Made by a program: the position numbers and the translations under genes. The notes below the pieces were generated by a model, which worked only from the letters and a program-made list of their open reading frames with translations, was not told where the DNA came from and searched no databases. DNA of 64,000 bases, taken from assembly GCF_964355755.1 (NCBI RefSeq), contig NC_092678.1, positions 9,254,422-9,318,421 on the forward strand, read 5' to 3'. Of the stretch, positions 13,791 through 27,173 are shown piece by piece (the first letter of the stretch is position 1; the number at the start of each line of letters is the position of its first letter). This DNA comes from Antedon mediterranea (taxonomy: Eukaryota > Animalia > Echinodermata).

Positions 13791-14217
13791 AGGGAGTTTT
13801 TGCAATCTTACAAATACGAAAACGGATACGTCACGCATACGTATTCGTTTTTCGTAAGCCAGTAAAAATCTGTTTCGCATGGCAATGAAATATTGAGGGC
13901 ACCGTCCAAAATATGACTGCGGTAAATTTGAGCGAAGCGCAGGTACGTGTTGCTTTGTGCTTGGTTGCCTAGGCCTAGCCTACTTTAGTAAATTACTTTC
14001 AATAAAAGTATAATTTTTTATAATCATGAATCATTCCTGATTCAAATGCAAAATGTGCAAAATAGATCAAAAACTATACTCGTTTTGTAGTTACGAATAT
14101 GACTGGTGATATTCGTCAACACGAATGCTTTACGAATATGAAATGGGGATCAGCTCAAAAGTTTCACAAATGTGTGACGTATCCGTTTTCGTTATTGTAA
14201 GGTTGCGAAACCTCCCT
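13791..14217. mobile_element. MITE with ~45-bp TIRs and a 7(-8) bp TSD
   Basis: agggag..ttgcaatcttacaaatacgaaaacggatacgtcac / gtgacgtatccgttttcg..ttgtaaggttgcg..ctccct; aatatct on both sides. Confidence 0.85.
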
Positions 14218-15493
14218 AATATCTATTACTACATTTTAGATTTGGTACAGTAATTTTTGCTTGCTTACATTAGGGTGTTTGTTATGTGAATTTAGAAAGG
14301 GCTACATTCAAACAACTCTCAATGGATTTAAATACAAAGAAAAAAGAAACAGTTTATAAACCACTATGGTTATGCATTGATTTTGTCAGAATTTATTTAT
14401 TTATTTTTTCTTTTGACTGGATGGCATTTTCAGTAACGCAGTACTCACTGCTTTCCAAAATGGTCCAGTACAAGTTTAAAAGTAAAGAAAAATTATAACA
14501 AATAAAAATACAGAAAGATAAAAGCATAGTAGGCCTAATTTAAAAGATATTATACAGAATCTTTAATATAAACGATAGCAATTTATATTTTGCTACTCGG
14601 AGATTGTGGAAATTAACAAACTTATGCAAAACACATCGCAAATCTCTGACTCAATAATGAGCAATATAATGTATAGCAGTATAAGTTAATGTTACAGGAA
14701 TGCTCAGAGAAAAATAGCCCTCAATTAATATAAAAATTTGGTCTACAGTATATAATGTCATCATCATATCGCCAGTTGAATTCAAAAAGTCCGATTTTCA
14801 TCTCTTTCTTAAAAATTCACCGCATTTAAAATAGCGTGCATCTCGCTTTTTCGTGTCTAATATTTTTTAAATTGCGAGAATGCACTACACATGTAATTGT
14901 ATCGCCATATGATGAAATATGACCTGAAATTTATGAGTACCAAATTTGGTTTTAATCATGAATGATTCATGCTTGTGAAGATGTGATACACACATGATTT
15001 CGTTAAATCGCGCGTACATTTTTTATTAATGCACCATGAAAATAAATCACATCGATTCCTGGACATAAGGAATATACTGACGTAGCTACTGTAGATGAAA
15101 TTGATCTCAAGATAATTCACAGACAAAATAATGCTAAAGAAAGAATAAAAAAATAATGATTTTGACAAAATCAATAAGGTTATAAAAAAAAGTAAAGGGA
15201 TTTTTAAAATTTAAGGGATTTTTAAAATTTGTAACCAATTTTTAATGGTCGTGTTTTCATTTTTCACTTGCAACCATGGCTAGTGTAATATCGTCTGTGT
15301 ATGGTCTCTTTGAATGTGGATTATGTAACTTTAAAAGATCCTTGTTACAGAGAGATTATGGACATTGATAAATAGTTTGATTTTTTAAAATAATTATATT
15401 TTATAATTTTTCATACACAAATTAAAATCTAGTTTTTGTTTTTTTCCTGCCAAATTGAATAATTTTATTACATAGTTTATTTTCATTCCACAG

Positions 15494-15597
15494 ATAATGG
15501 GAAATATATCAGAATTTAAGAATGCTGTTGGTCTTGTTATAGATCATGTCCATTTTGACACTGACAACACTGTACAAGTTTTTGAATCTACAATCAG
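15494..15597 (+). CDS. EDEM1: EDEM1 exon B (104 bp): [35 protein letters not shown]
   Basis: cacag|...AG|gtactg; VFExTIR catalytic Glu motif of GH47; absent from the ORF track. Confidence 0.95.
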
Positions 15598-16139
15598 GTA
15601 CTGTAACATTCTGTAACATTTAAAAGATTACCTATTACTATTGTTATTGTACAAAATCTTTGTACAGTGTACAGTAGCATATTAATCAAAAAAGTACACG
15701 TTATTTTAAACGCGACAAACTTTTACAAAAGAGAGGAAAATCAGACTTTTTTAATTCAACTGACCATATATGATGACATTACACCATCCGATAGACAAAA
15801 TTTGAATTCACATACAATTCAACAGCTTTTATAATAAGTTTGACTTTTCATTCTGAGAAGCTATAACAGATTGAAATATACTGCATAGATGAAATTAAGT
15901 AACTCACATAATTCAAATTTTTGGATATGATGGCTTAATAAAAATTAAAATTTTTGAGAGAATTGATTGAGATAAAACATATTAAAATCTAGGAGAAAAT
16001 GGGGTAAGCATAAAGCGCGATGATGCACTCTACTGTATGAAGTGATTACTGAAGCTTCCATAATACATTGAAAAATCGGGGTCACCAGCCATCCTGAGGA
16101 GCTATATTAAACCATTTAAAAATAGGTATATTATTAAAT

Positions 16140-17116
16140 TACATTATTTTACAATTACGGTAAAGTTCATCAAAATAAATGAAATCTACTACAGAATTAA
16201 GGTAATGGAAAATAAAAATCAAATCATTTTTTATTTTTTCATTTGAATTAAATTTTTCCAGCTTTTTATAGTAATAAAGTAATAGGAGCATGTTGAATGG
16301 ACGCGCGATTTAGTTCAACATTTATAAAATCATGCCTATTTTTAATCTATTATAGCTCTTCGGGATCAACCGTGACCCCAAATAGATAAGTTGTAGATAT
16401 GAATTCATGCAAAATTGTTACCTCTCGGATGTTATGAAGTCACCACATGGCCACCAGAATATAAAATATAGGATTTTTGTCTCTTTCGTCATACAGTAGC
16501 TCATCACATTTAATTGAATGCATCTCGCTTATTTGTAACTTAAATATCTCCCAGATTTTAATATTTGTTTGCTCAATCAATTATCTTTTTACATTTTAAT
16601 TTTGATGACGTCATCATTTTCAGAAGTGTGAATACCCTGGGTCACTTATTTTCATTTCGTTTTGTGGAAGCTGTTGAATTGGAGATACAAATTTATGTAA
16701 AAATGTTGTACGTGTATTGGATGTTGTGACGTTATATGTCCAGTCGTATTTTTATCTTTTGCATCATAGTTAATGACATTTAAAAGAGCGCACATCTATA
16801 TTCTTCGTATCCAAATTTCTTCAACACGTTAATAATAATGTTGTTGCTCGAATAATTTCCTTCCAAAATTGCTATCTTTGTGTTTCATTTTGATGATTTC
16901 ATCATGTTAAAAATTGGAATAAAAGGCGGGTCCCGTACGGTAGTTTTACCTATGTTAAAGTGCATGTAAGTCACAAAATAGAGCGAGCACAATAACATTT
17001 TATTTTCTTCAGGTCTTAATGGCATAATCTTTTTTCTGTGCGCAATATTCTAACATATGATGTGCACGTGGTGTTTGTCATGCGAATAACTCGTCAAAGT
17101 GATGAGTTCAAATCTA
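16140..17116 (+). mobile_element. Helitron-like non-autonomous repeat, family B (other copies ~42990-43930 minus, ~45170-46324 plus)
   Basis: Shared gatgacgtcatcat units; 3' hairpin aactcgtc..gatgagtt followed by caaatCTA(G). Confidence 0.6.
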
Positions 17117-17206
17117 CCGGTAGTTATATTTTACATTACTGAAATCTATTTGAACAATAATTTCACGTAATACTGGTAGTTTGTATAATTTATGTTTAAT
17201 TTGCAG

Positions 17207-17378
17207 GGTACTGGGAGCACTTTTGTCAGCTCATCTTCTTATTGTAGATGACAAGAAACCATTGGGTGATTTACGTCCTGAAAATTACAAAGATGAGTTG
17301 CTTTATTTAGCCAAAAATCTTGCTGATCGTCTTCTTCCTGCCTTTGACGGCACTGCAACTGGTCTTCCTCATCCCAGG
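17207..17378 (+). CDS. EDEM1: EDEM1 exon C (172 bp): [12 protein letters not shown]...[20 protein letters not shown]
   Basis: ttgcag|...|gtaaga; LGxLLSAH and LLPAF..TG.P motifs; phase 2 to 0 is consistent. Confidence 0.96.
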
Positions 17379-19899
17379 GTAAGACTGTTTATAATGTAGA
17401 AATGATTTATTAAAATTATAGTGATTAAAATATATTTTTGAAAACTAATTTTTCCTAAAACATCTTTGTTGTGTACGACAGCTTAGCAGAGCTAACTAGA
17501 GTGAGTAAACTTTCTAATACGATCTCTTGTCAGGTGCCCTTCTGCAATCGACTGATTATTGTACAGTGTATTGAATATGACCTTGTTGTACAGTATCCTT
17601 TCATTGATGTTTCGAGTTTGCTTGGTCTTGTTTCTTCTACTTATACTTTCTATTTATATTTGCTTTGGCGTAAAAGGCGTTTACTTTTCACGTTTACTGT
17701 CAGTAGTGGTGATATGCTGATTAGGTCCGAAAATCTTTCTCCCATTTTTAATGCAGATCCCCTCCTCCCCGAAAATTGGTTATTTTCCCCTGAAAATCTG
17801 AACAATTCAAGCCTAGTATATAGCCTAAAATGACGCAAAGTATTTATTTAAACAAAAGTATTCTTTAGGCCGTTGTTTTCACGAATTAACAGCCATCAAT
17901 CAACTGCCGGGCCAATCACACATGTGATATTGTATTGTTTTATTGATATGTCGCATGCAACAATGTGTCTTAAATTAAATGTGGTATTAAATTCTCTATC
18001 TCTGTCCAATTATACACCTGCCAACTCTCACGCATAATGTGCGAGTCTCACGCATGAGGGCTGATTTAATAAAAAAAATTATTTACCTGGAAAAAAATGT
18101 AATTTAAAGCAAAAAAACTCAAGTTGTCTGTCAGACAATGGTTTTGGTTAACATTTCTTTTCTTTTTTATAAGTGAAATAATTTTTTTGTTTTTGTTTTT
18201 TTTACAGACGTGAATAACTTGGAAATGAAATGATTAAAACTGCAAAATTACCTACTTTATAATCTTCATTTTTCATGTTTATGGGGACAATACATCTAAT
18301 AAATTATTGTTCTTCAGAAATAATGATTTATTATCAATTATACTATCAGTAGTAAACATTTTGTGTAACGTAAATATATAGTCAGCTGGCCTACTGTAAA
18401 GATGATATATAGTAAAAATAGACAACGCAACAATGACGTACTGTATGATCGTTTTCTATTTATTTTTTTATTAAATAATTCAGTGAAATGATCATACACG
18501 TTTGTTTAGGCAATTGTTAATTAAAATAGATTAATAACTTACTCATAAACAAATAGAATGCAGCAATCAATATAGTCAGCCGCATAACAAGAGGGTCTTG
18601 TTAGGGGGAGCAAACAGGGGCTGATCATTCCAGACACCAAGTACTTGAGCCACAGCCCCCCCCCCCCCATGGTGGGGGCTGTGGTGAAGCGAATTTTGGT
18701 AAATGACACCCCTAGATCGTCGGAAATGGTACTCTCGCACATAAAATTCATGATAAATGGCGCCTCCAACTAGGCTAGTAGTAGTTGGCCTGGAAATAAC
18801 ACATTTATTGCACAGCAATCAGCAAAATGATCGTACATTTTCCACCGTTAAAAACACAGGTGACATAACATTTGAAAACCTAATCTAACATTGGATCCGC
18901 GCCTGGCAAAGGTAGTAATTTTTCCGGTTAGAAGACTGAAAGATTGAGTATTGGAGCGACAGCCAGCCACAGAAGTACGTTCGTTTTGCTGATCGCTAGC
19001 GCGTTACATACGATTAGTAGGAGTGTAGTTTTTTAAGGTGGCCTCACACGCACAGCACATCGTCACAATTGTGTATGAGTTGAGATGCCCGCGCGTGTTC
19101 TATGGACCGGAACTGCGCTTGATAAACCTGTCTCTTCTTCAACGTATATAAAAAAAACACAAACAAATACGACATATTAACGCAACGTATATTAAGATTA
19201 GCCATATACTCGTGTGTTTGAATAATAAACTATACAGTGAAGGAAATGCTGTAATCCCTTACAGGTAGGCAACTCGGCAAATGCATGGCGGCTTAGATAA
19301 AAGACGCCAAAAACCACAGTCAACTGACCGCATGTTAATGTACTGATAAGCAGTGCGTCTTCCCACGAGTTTGTCAGTCAGGATTTTGTGTATTTCATAT
19401 CATCTTACTTGAATATCGTACTGTACTGTGACTCATTTGAAGCCATATCATATATCGTATATTTATTCTTATCTTATATTTTCTTTCTTTTTCTTTCTTC
19501 TATCCCTTTGTATTTTATTTTATTTTTTTTACTTGTTACCCAGCCCGATCGAACGCTTCTCAACCCGGTAAAATCCGCCAGTGGGGTATTCCGCAATTCT
19601 ACAATGCAATGAGCTGGCAGCCATGATCAACAAAGGCATTTCTATTGCCTTTAAAAGTAAGGAAATCAAGGATATCTTCGAATAATATTAGAGGTAATGA
19701 AGTCCAAACTTTAATAAAATCGAAAGTCGGCTTTTCGACATTGAGCTCGCAATGGTCGAAACCTCAAATCATCTTGATAAAATCAACGATCTTTAGCACA
19801 AAACCCAAGCACAGGATGCTGAATTAGGTTCACGCACCATCTACGCATGTGTGCCACTGTTAAAAAAGTGTTGTTCCAAATAAATATTACATTATATTA

Positions 19900-22800
19900 T
19901 TATAGTCGACGGAATTGCATCGGGGTGTTTGGAATGTCGGAGAAAGAATGAGTAAATACTGATGATCTAATAATTAATATGGTGAATGATAAGCTGGATA
20001 TTGATCTATCCTCCGATCACATAGATCGATCCCATAGCACAGGCAAACGTAACGAAAAGAAATCAAAACCCAGACCCATTATTGTTAAATTTACTTCATA
20101 TTATTAGTGTTCCATGACCTTCTCATCAAAATTAATGTCTCTCATTGTTGTGCTTTCAGTGACGGCAAAATGTCCGCAACAATGGGGATAGATGCAAACA
20201 AGTAACAAGTAACATATCAATACCGAAAGAAAGGGATTGTACAGAGAAGAAAATTAAAGGGTGCGGGACCATGTTTTTAATTCACAAGATCCAAATGAGG
20301 CATATCATTTATTTGACACCACATTTTTAAACATGTACGATAAAAACTTCCCTCTTGAACAAAGACTAAATAAGAAACGTAAACGTAAGACTTGGATGAC
20401 TGATGGCTTTATTAAAATCCACAAAACATAAACACAAATTATATGCAAAATTCCTGCACAACCCATCTGAAAAAAACAAAAATGAAGAAACGTTTCCGTA
20501 ACAAACTTAACACATTGATTAGACAAGTTAAAATTGATCACTTTAACAACACCTTCTCGCATCATAAAAATGATATCAAAGGAACTTGGAAAATTATCAA
20601 TTCTTTATTGATAAACCAAAGAATAATCAGCCCGACTTACAAATTATCCAATGATCCAATTTAAATTACAAATTCTTTCAATCAGTTCTTTGGACATATT
20701 GGAAATACCCTTGCAAATCAAATACCATCACATGCAACAAATTATAAAGACTACTTACCGAACCCTACTCTCAATTCCCTATTTCTTATCCCTGTTGACG
20801 AAAATAAAATACTTTTTTTTTCTCTTTTGTGGCGCAAACACCACTTTTATTCACATTCATATTATCTCATATTACATAAAATCGTATTATTTAACTTGTA
20901 AATGTCGTTACAGTTCATAAGTAACATTTTTACATATATGAATTCTGTATTACTCCTTTTTTCATTAATTTTCTTATATTTTGTTATACACTTGACAGGA
21001 TCATCATTATCATCTATCCCGTTTTAAAATAGTTCACACATTTTCATTTGTTTGTTTTCATTTTACAACCCGGATTATACAATATATTTACCGGTATATA
21101 CATGATAAAAAAAAAACAATAATAGCTCAGTACCACCAGTAACCCGTATCACTGTAATTCTTTTTCGGTTAATCGTATCAAATTAGAAATTATATTATCA
21201 TAATCTTATTTCTTAAAGCTACCCATTTTTCTATACTTGTTTCTTTATTGTTATATGTTTCACATTCAATGTTATATAACATATTGCTTTTAAATGAATT
21301 CCATAAAGATTTACCCACTGGCTTATTTAGTGCAGATAACATTTTTATTCTATAAATAGTAAATGCTGCAAAAGTGTAAATATATAAAATAAAATACTTA
21401 ACACAGTCAAATATTTCAAGAATAATAAGGCTCCAGGTTTTGACGATATTAGTACTAATATAGTTAAGCAAACATGTAGCCTTATCTCTCACCCACTTTG
21501 ATATATTTTTAACCTGTCTATGTCTAAAGGAGTGTTTCCAAACAAATTAAAACTTGCAAAAGTAACCCCCATCTATAAATCTGGAGTCAAGTTAAAACAC
21601 AATATTCTTTCTGACCATCAATATGGCTTTAGAAAAGGATATGATACTTCAATGGCTTTATTACAACATACTAATTGTATTGTGAATGCTTTTGAAAAAA
21701 ACCATTTTGCTATTGGAACATTATTGATCTTGCAAAAGCCTTTGATACAATTAATCATAACATTCTCTTATCTAAACTCATTTATGGAATCTGTGGACCT
21801 GCACATGATCTATTTAAAAGTTATCTGTCAAATAGATTTCAATGTACTAAATATAGCAATGTGTACCTCTCATTTTACACCAATATCATGTGGAGTCTCC
21901 CAAGGTTCACTGCTTGGCCCACTTTTATTTTCTTTATTTATATATAAATGACATTTGTTCATCCTCAAAATTATTTTCTTTCTGCCTCTGTGCTGACGAT
22001 ACTACCCTCCTTTATACCAATCCAAATATTCAGTCACTTTTTGCGGTTGTCAACCAGGAACTGACTAAAGTGTGTGAATATTTCCGAGCAAACAAAGTTT
22101 CCGTTAACGTTAAGAAATGCTGTTCTATTTTGTTTCGAAACACTCGCAAACCTGTAAATCTTGATGATAGACATATGAAAATTAATGAACATATTATTCC
22201 ACTTGTTAAAAATACGAAATTTCATGGTGTTACCATTGATTCAGGTCTCACTTGGAAGCAACATATGAAAGAAATTGAAAATAAAATATCCAAATAATAT
22301 AAAAATCTTCTTTTCTTCCCAAAGACATTCTTCATACCTGTATTGTACTCTTATTTTACCATATTTAAACTATTGCAATGTGGTTTGGTGCAACACGTAC
22401 TGTATGAGTCCAACACTAGCAGATTATCAAACAGAAAAAAGTAGTTCGAATAATATCAGGTGCACCACCACTAGCTCACTCAGATCCCTTATTTTCCTCA
22501 ACCTTTTAAAGTTAAAAGACCTCAACGATCATCAACAGTGTACTTTTCTCTACCCATCGATTAACTCCCTAAACCCACCTCAATTTACAAATGTATTCCA
22601 ACCAAACACATCTTTTCAAAGTTATAGTACTCGAACTGTATAGGATATGCATATCCCTCTTCATAAAAAAACATCATTTCAATATAACATAAGATTAGTG
22701 GACCTAAACTATGGAATAAACTACCTTCAAATATTAAAGATGCTGTATCTAAGAAAAGCTATATAAAGATATATCACATCCAAGTATTAATTTTTATTAT

Positions 22801-23078
22801 ATTACATTTTATGATAATACAGTAATTATAATAACAAGAAGACGAGCAGTTCTTAATTTATACCAAAATTATTTTTATAGTTAAACCCATGTTATGTCAA
22901 TTTATATTTTGTTATTTCTTTTTTTTCTTTTTCTGTGTTGTTTAAATCTCATCTTTGTTTTAGGCATATCTGTCACAAGCTTTTTGCGTTTTTTGAACAT
23001 GCCTCCTTCAATTTAATTACCTTTCTTTACACCACTTTGTATACTGTACTGTTTTAATTTGAAGAAAATAAATGTTAC

Positions 23079-23110
<32 letters not shown>
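19900..23110 (+). mobile_element. Degraded CR1/L2-group LINE (ORF1 and ORF2 remnants, (GATT)n tail)
   Basis: HIDRSH..KPRPIIVKF (ORF1 RRM-like); [32 protein letters not shown]; aataaa then (gatt)n. Confidence 0.9.
20815..21385 (-). mobile_element. 5'-truncated L1/Tx1-like LINE inserted into the CR1/L2 element
   Basis: 14-bp TSD aaaataaaatactt (20801-20814, 21386-21399); minus-strand AATAAA and poly(A); ORF end ..SIEKWVALRN. Confidence 0.7.
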
Positions 23111-23111
<1 letters not shown>

Positions 23112-23199
23112 CCCAAACTGAAAAGGAAACTCAATCTTCTGAACTTCTAAATGAATATTAAGGAACAATTTTGCTCAATTGCTCAGTGAGCACAATATA

Positions 23200-24498
23200 C
23201 AGTCAACTCTCCCAATACCGGACTCTCCCAAAACCGGAATTCACGAAAAACCGGACTTTTTTGGAGGGCCCAATTTGTCCCTATTCTAAATGTACTGTAA
23301 TTTATTATGAAAACCGGAATACCCAATTCCGGAATCCGGACAAATTATGAAGTACAAAACACGAAAATTAGCGTCTGAAAACCGGACTGACGGTTAAAAA
23401 ACTCCAAATATTTACGAAAACAACGTAACATCGTCGTCGCTGACTCGGATTCACTACATTCACAATGTACAAAAGCTTTTAACCATACCCTCACCATGCA
23501 TGAAGTGCGCGACGTTTCGCGGTACGATCAAATAATGTTGCCATGGAGCACTACACTGTGATTGACAGGTCAGTTCATTGTTAACCCACGAGGCGGCAAT
23601 TGCTTTGTTGCGTATCGAACTGCGGTGGGCTTTTTCACATCGAAGCGCTATGTCTTAATGTCTATTGTTTTTAGCAGGGAGTTGTTAACAACTCCCTGTT
23701 TTTTAGCATATGAATTGTTTTTTAATAAAGTTAAATTTAAATTCCTGTGTCTTTGTTTTGTTAAATTATTGTTAAATTCACAATTGCAATAGGACTTTAA
23801 AAAGGAATGTTTCACTAAAAACGGGACTAAAAATGTGCATCATTATAAATTTGGAAATCATTATGGCAAAACGTAAACGGAATGAACTTGACTTAACTAG
23901 TGTTAATAAACTTTGAAATGTTACCAATTAATTATTGTGTCATTATTGCTTGGCTCGTTTACCTAATCAATTTTCATCATTGCTATCAAATTACGTCAAA
24001 ATAAAGGAGCTTAAAAAACATGTGGTCTAGGTGTGGGCGTTTTTATTTGATTATGACACCTCTGCACATGCGCATCAATCAAAGCCCTCACCCATGCTGC
24101 TGCTGCTAGCTAGCTCACGAAAAACAATAAACAGACCGAAATTATGTTCACCGTACGTAGGCCTTTTTGCCGTTAAAAACACATTGAGAAACAATAATTT
24201 ACTATTGTAACATGTTTTATTGGTACAGTAAATAATGTAACTTTTAAAAAAGGTAAATTGAATTACTGTAGCTTGATATTAATAAAGTAGGCCTAGGGCC
24301 TATCAGTATTTATTTAATTAAAACTAGATTGACACAATCATAGCCTAGCCTAGGCCTTCCCTACGCTAGGAGACCGTACCGGGCAGCATTCGGTGACAAC
24401 GTGATGACTTTAAAAATATGTTTTCAGGAAACCGGACTTTCGAAAAACCGGAAAATATATGCCCGCCCAAGGGTGTCCGGTATTGGGAGAGTTGACTG
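23200..24498 (+). mobile_element. pogo/Tigger (Tc1-mariner) internal-deletion derivative
   Basis: Perfect 24-bp TIR cagtcaactctcccaataccggac, TA TSD; residual start MAKRKRNELDL near 23863. Confidence 0.92.
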
Positions 24499-24499
24499 T

Positions 24500-26440
24500 A
24501 TACCTTTTAAATCAACTCAGAAAACATGAATGCACACAAAGTGATGTCAACGTGTCACAGTTAAATACACCTATAATGGAACAGCAACCACCTAAACAAA
24601 TAATCAACCTCAATTCCACTCTAGTTTAAAGGGATATTCCAACTGTGAAAACACAAAATCGCTATGTTACTCTAAATGTTGATGATGTACTAAGTGAAAG
24701 TCCCGAAGAGGCAAATGATCACATACCTGAAATTGTTCCCCGACAGCAAAAATAATCAGTAACGATCACCCCAATAAAGAAACCCGACTAATTGTGGACT
24801 TGATGCTGAAGCATATCAAAACAAGGAGTCTACTAAACACATCAGTCAAGACAATGCGTAGTGCAACAGTAAAACAAGTCTCAGCTGCTCTTAAGGACAT
24901 GAATTTAACCAGTGTGAAGAACTTTATCATCCACGCTGGAATGAATGATTATGCTAGTTATGATTACACCAGTGACTCTCTATTTAAAGATTACACGCAA
25001 CTTTCATCAAGTCTGAAATCACGTATAACTGGTAAGGTCTACATCTCTGGAGTCTGCCCAAGACTAGATGACCCTCACCTAAATTTAGATGCTGAAACAC
25101 AAATTCAAAGATCAGTTCATTGATAATTTCAAAGCATTTAGAACCATCAATGGCCTTGACACCTAAATTTACACAACATGGACTTCACATGAATAAGTAT
25201 GAAACTGCAGCACTGATAAAGAGCATCAACTCAGCTATCCAAATTATGTTAAAAGAAATAATCCAAGCTTTTCCTCAACTGCACCCTATTGTCAATTCTG
25301 TGAAGAAACAGGTCAGTACGTACGTCATGTTTGCCACCATGGTAAACCTGTTCAATGTTGGATCTGCCACCAAGTAGGGCACAAGTCAAAGTACTGCAAT
25401 GAAAGACAACAATGAAGATAGCCGATAATATTGACTCTGATCATTCTTACCATTTAAACATGTTCTTTTAATACAGATACATCTGTGAAAATGACATTTT
25501 TAACAAAAAATGGCATTAGTGTAATCGGCTTAAATATTGTCAGTCTCACAGACAGATTTGATGAATTTAATTATCTTTGAAAAGCTTTGGTCTAATATTA
25601 GATTTATTGTTCCTAAAAAATGTAATATTAATAGTGAAGACGGTAAATATTTCAAACCCTAGTAAAATTGCTGCTACACTAAATGACTATTTTGCACATG
25701 TTGGCCCCAAATTAGCAGAATAAATACCAAATTGTATACTGATGAAGGAGTCAACTTACCACTAAATAATAACATATCTAATTTAAATTTTAATCCTGTA
25801 ACAAGGTAAGTTATGGCGTATGATGTTTAGGGGATTTTATCAAAGTCTGATTGTAAAGCAACTGGTACAGATGAAATTCCTGCAAAACTTTAAGCTTGAA
25901 TTGATGAAATTGTTTATCCAATTACTTATCTTGTCAATATGTCACTCTCTACAAGTACCTTGCCCGGTTTATAAAAATGGTAAAAGAAATGAACCAAAAA
26001 TTACAGACCCATTTCTGTGTTGTCTATATACTATCAAAAATACTTGAAAGAGTCGTGTTTGATCAAATATACCCATTCCTTAACACAAATGGTCTTCTTT
26101 ATGATAAACATTCAGGTTTTCGTCCAAATTTTTCTACATCTTCTGCATTACTCGATCAATATTACAGAAAATTGGATTGATGCAATTGATTCTGGACAAT
26201 ATACTGGTGTAGTTATGTTGGATCTTAAGAAGGTCTTTGATACCGTTATTAGATTATGGTATTTTACTTTAAAAGCTGAAACATTTTTTTTTTAGTGAAG
26301 ATTTAATCAGTTGGTTTGAGAATTACCTCAATGATAGATGTCATGTAACTAATATCAATGGTATAACTTCAAACATTTGTAACGGTGTCTTTGGGATACC
26401 AGAGGGTTGGTTCCATACTTGGCCCTTACTTTTTATTCAA
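24500..26440 (+). mobile_element. Degraded CR1-like LINE with SGNH-esterase and zinc-knuckle ORF1 (5' part probably 23112-23199)
   Basis: IIHAGMND, ISGVCPR, HGLHMN; CWICHQVGHKSKYC; ORF2 remnants SKILER, HSGFRP, LDLKKVFDTV. Confidence 0.8.
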
Positions 26441-26989
26441 TAGCCTAGGCTAGGCCTAAATCGTCCAGATTTTCAGGGGAAATAACCAATTTTCGTGGCG
26501 GCGGGGATCTGCATTAAAAATGGTGGAAAATCAGATATTGGGGAATTTGGGACCTTTAATCAGCATTTCACCACTACTGACAGTAAACTGTGAAAAGTAA
26601 ACCTCTTTTTATAATCGAAGGCAAATATACTGTGAGTAAATATAATTTTTTTCCATTGACATTTTGTGGAATAAATACTCATGGTATTGATTTCAATAAG
26701 CATATATACCAGCTGAAAAATGGAATAGTCCTACTTTGCGAGCTAACGAACTGGTTAATCTAAATCCCTTCACGTTGTCTACTCTGATCCCTCTGATTGG
26801 GGAAGTCTTGTTAAGTGCACTATGTCGCAAGACGTTCAGCATTCGTAGATAAAAGAAAATAAACAATTTAAAGTTACTTGTGATGATATTACACTGTATT
26901 ATTGTGATTTGTCATTTTATTATTTATGGCCACATATATATTTTGATGGTTTTTATTTAGTTTCACAATATGATTTTTCTTTCATTTAG

Positions 26990-27173
26990 GTAAATCTTCG
27001 TTCTGGTATTCCAAATAATGGTTCAATTGAAACTTGTACAGCAGGAGCAGGCTCACTGCTCGTGGAGTTTGGAACATTGAGTCGATTGCTTGTTAATCCT
27101 GTTTATGAAAAGGCAGCACGTCATTCTGTTGAGGTATTATGGGCGCATAGATCAGGAAATACAGGACTACTTG
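26990..27173 (+). CDS. EDEM1: EDEM1 exon D (184 bp): VNLRSGIPNNGSIETCTAGAGSLLVEFGTLSRLL...TGLLG
   Basis: tttag|...G|gtaggt; TCTAGAGSLLVEFG is an EDEM signature. Confidence 0.96.

Noticed and set aside
17471-17838. 120-aa and 62-aa ORFs after exon C
   Set aside because: Non-ATG starts, overlap an inverted repeat, no protein motifs; most other 60-100 aa ORFs in the track are likewise chance ORFs in repeats
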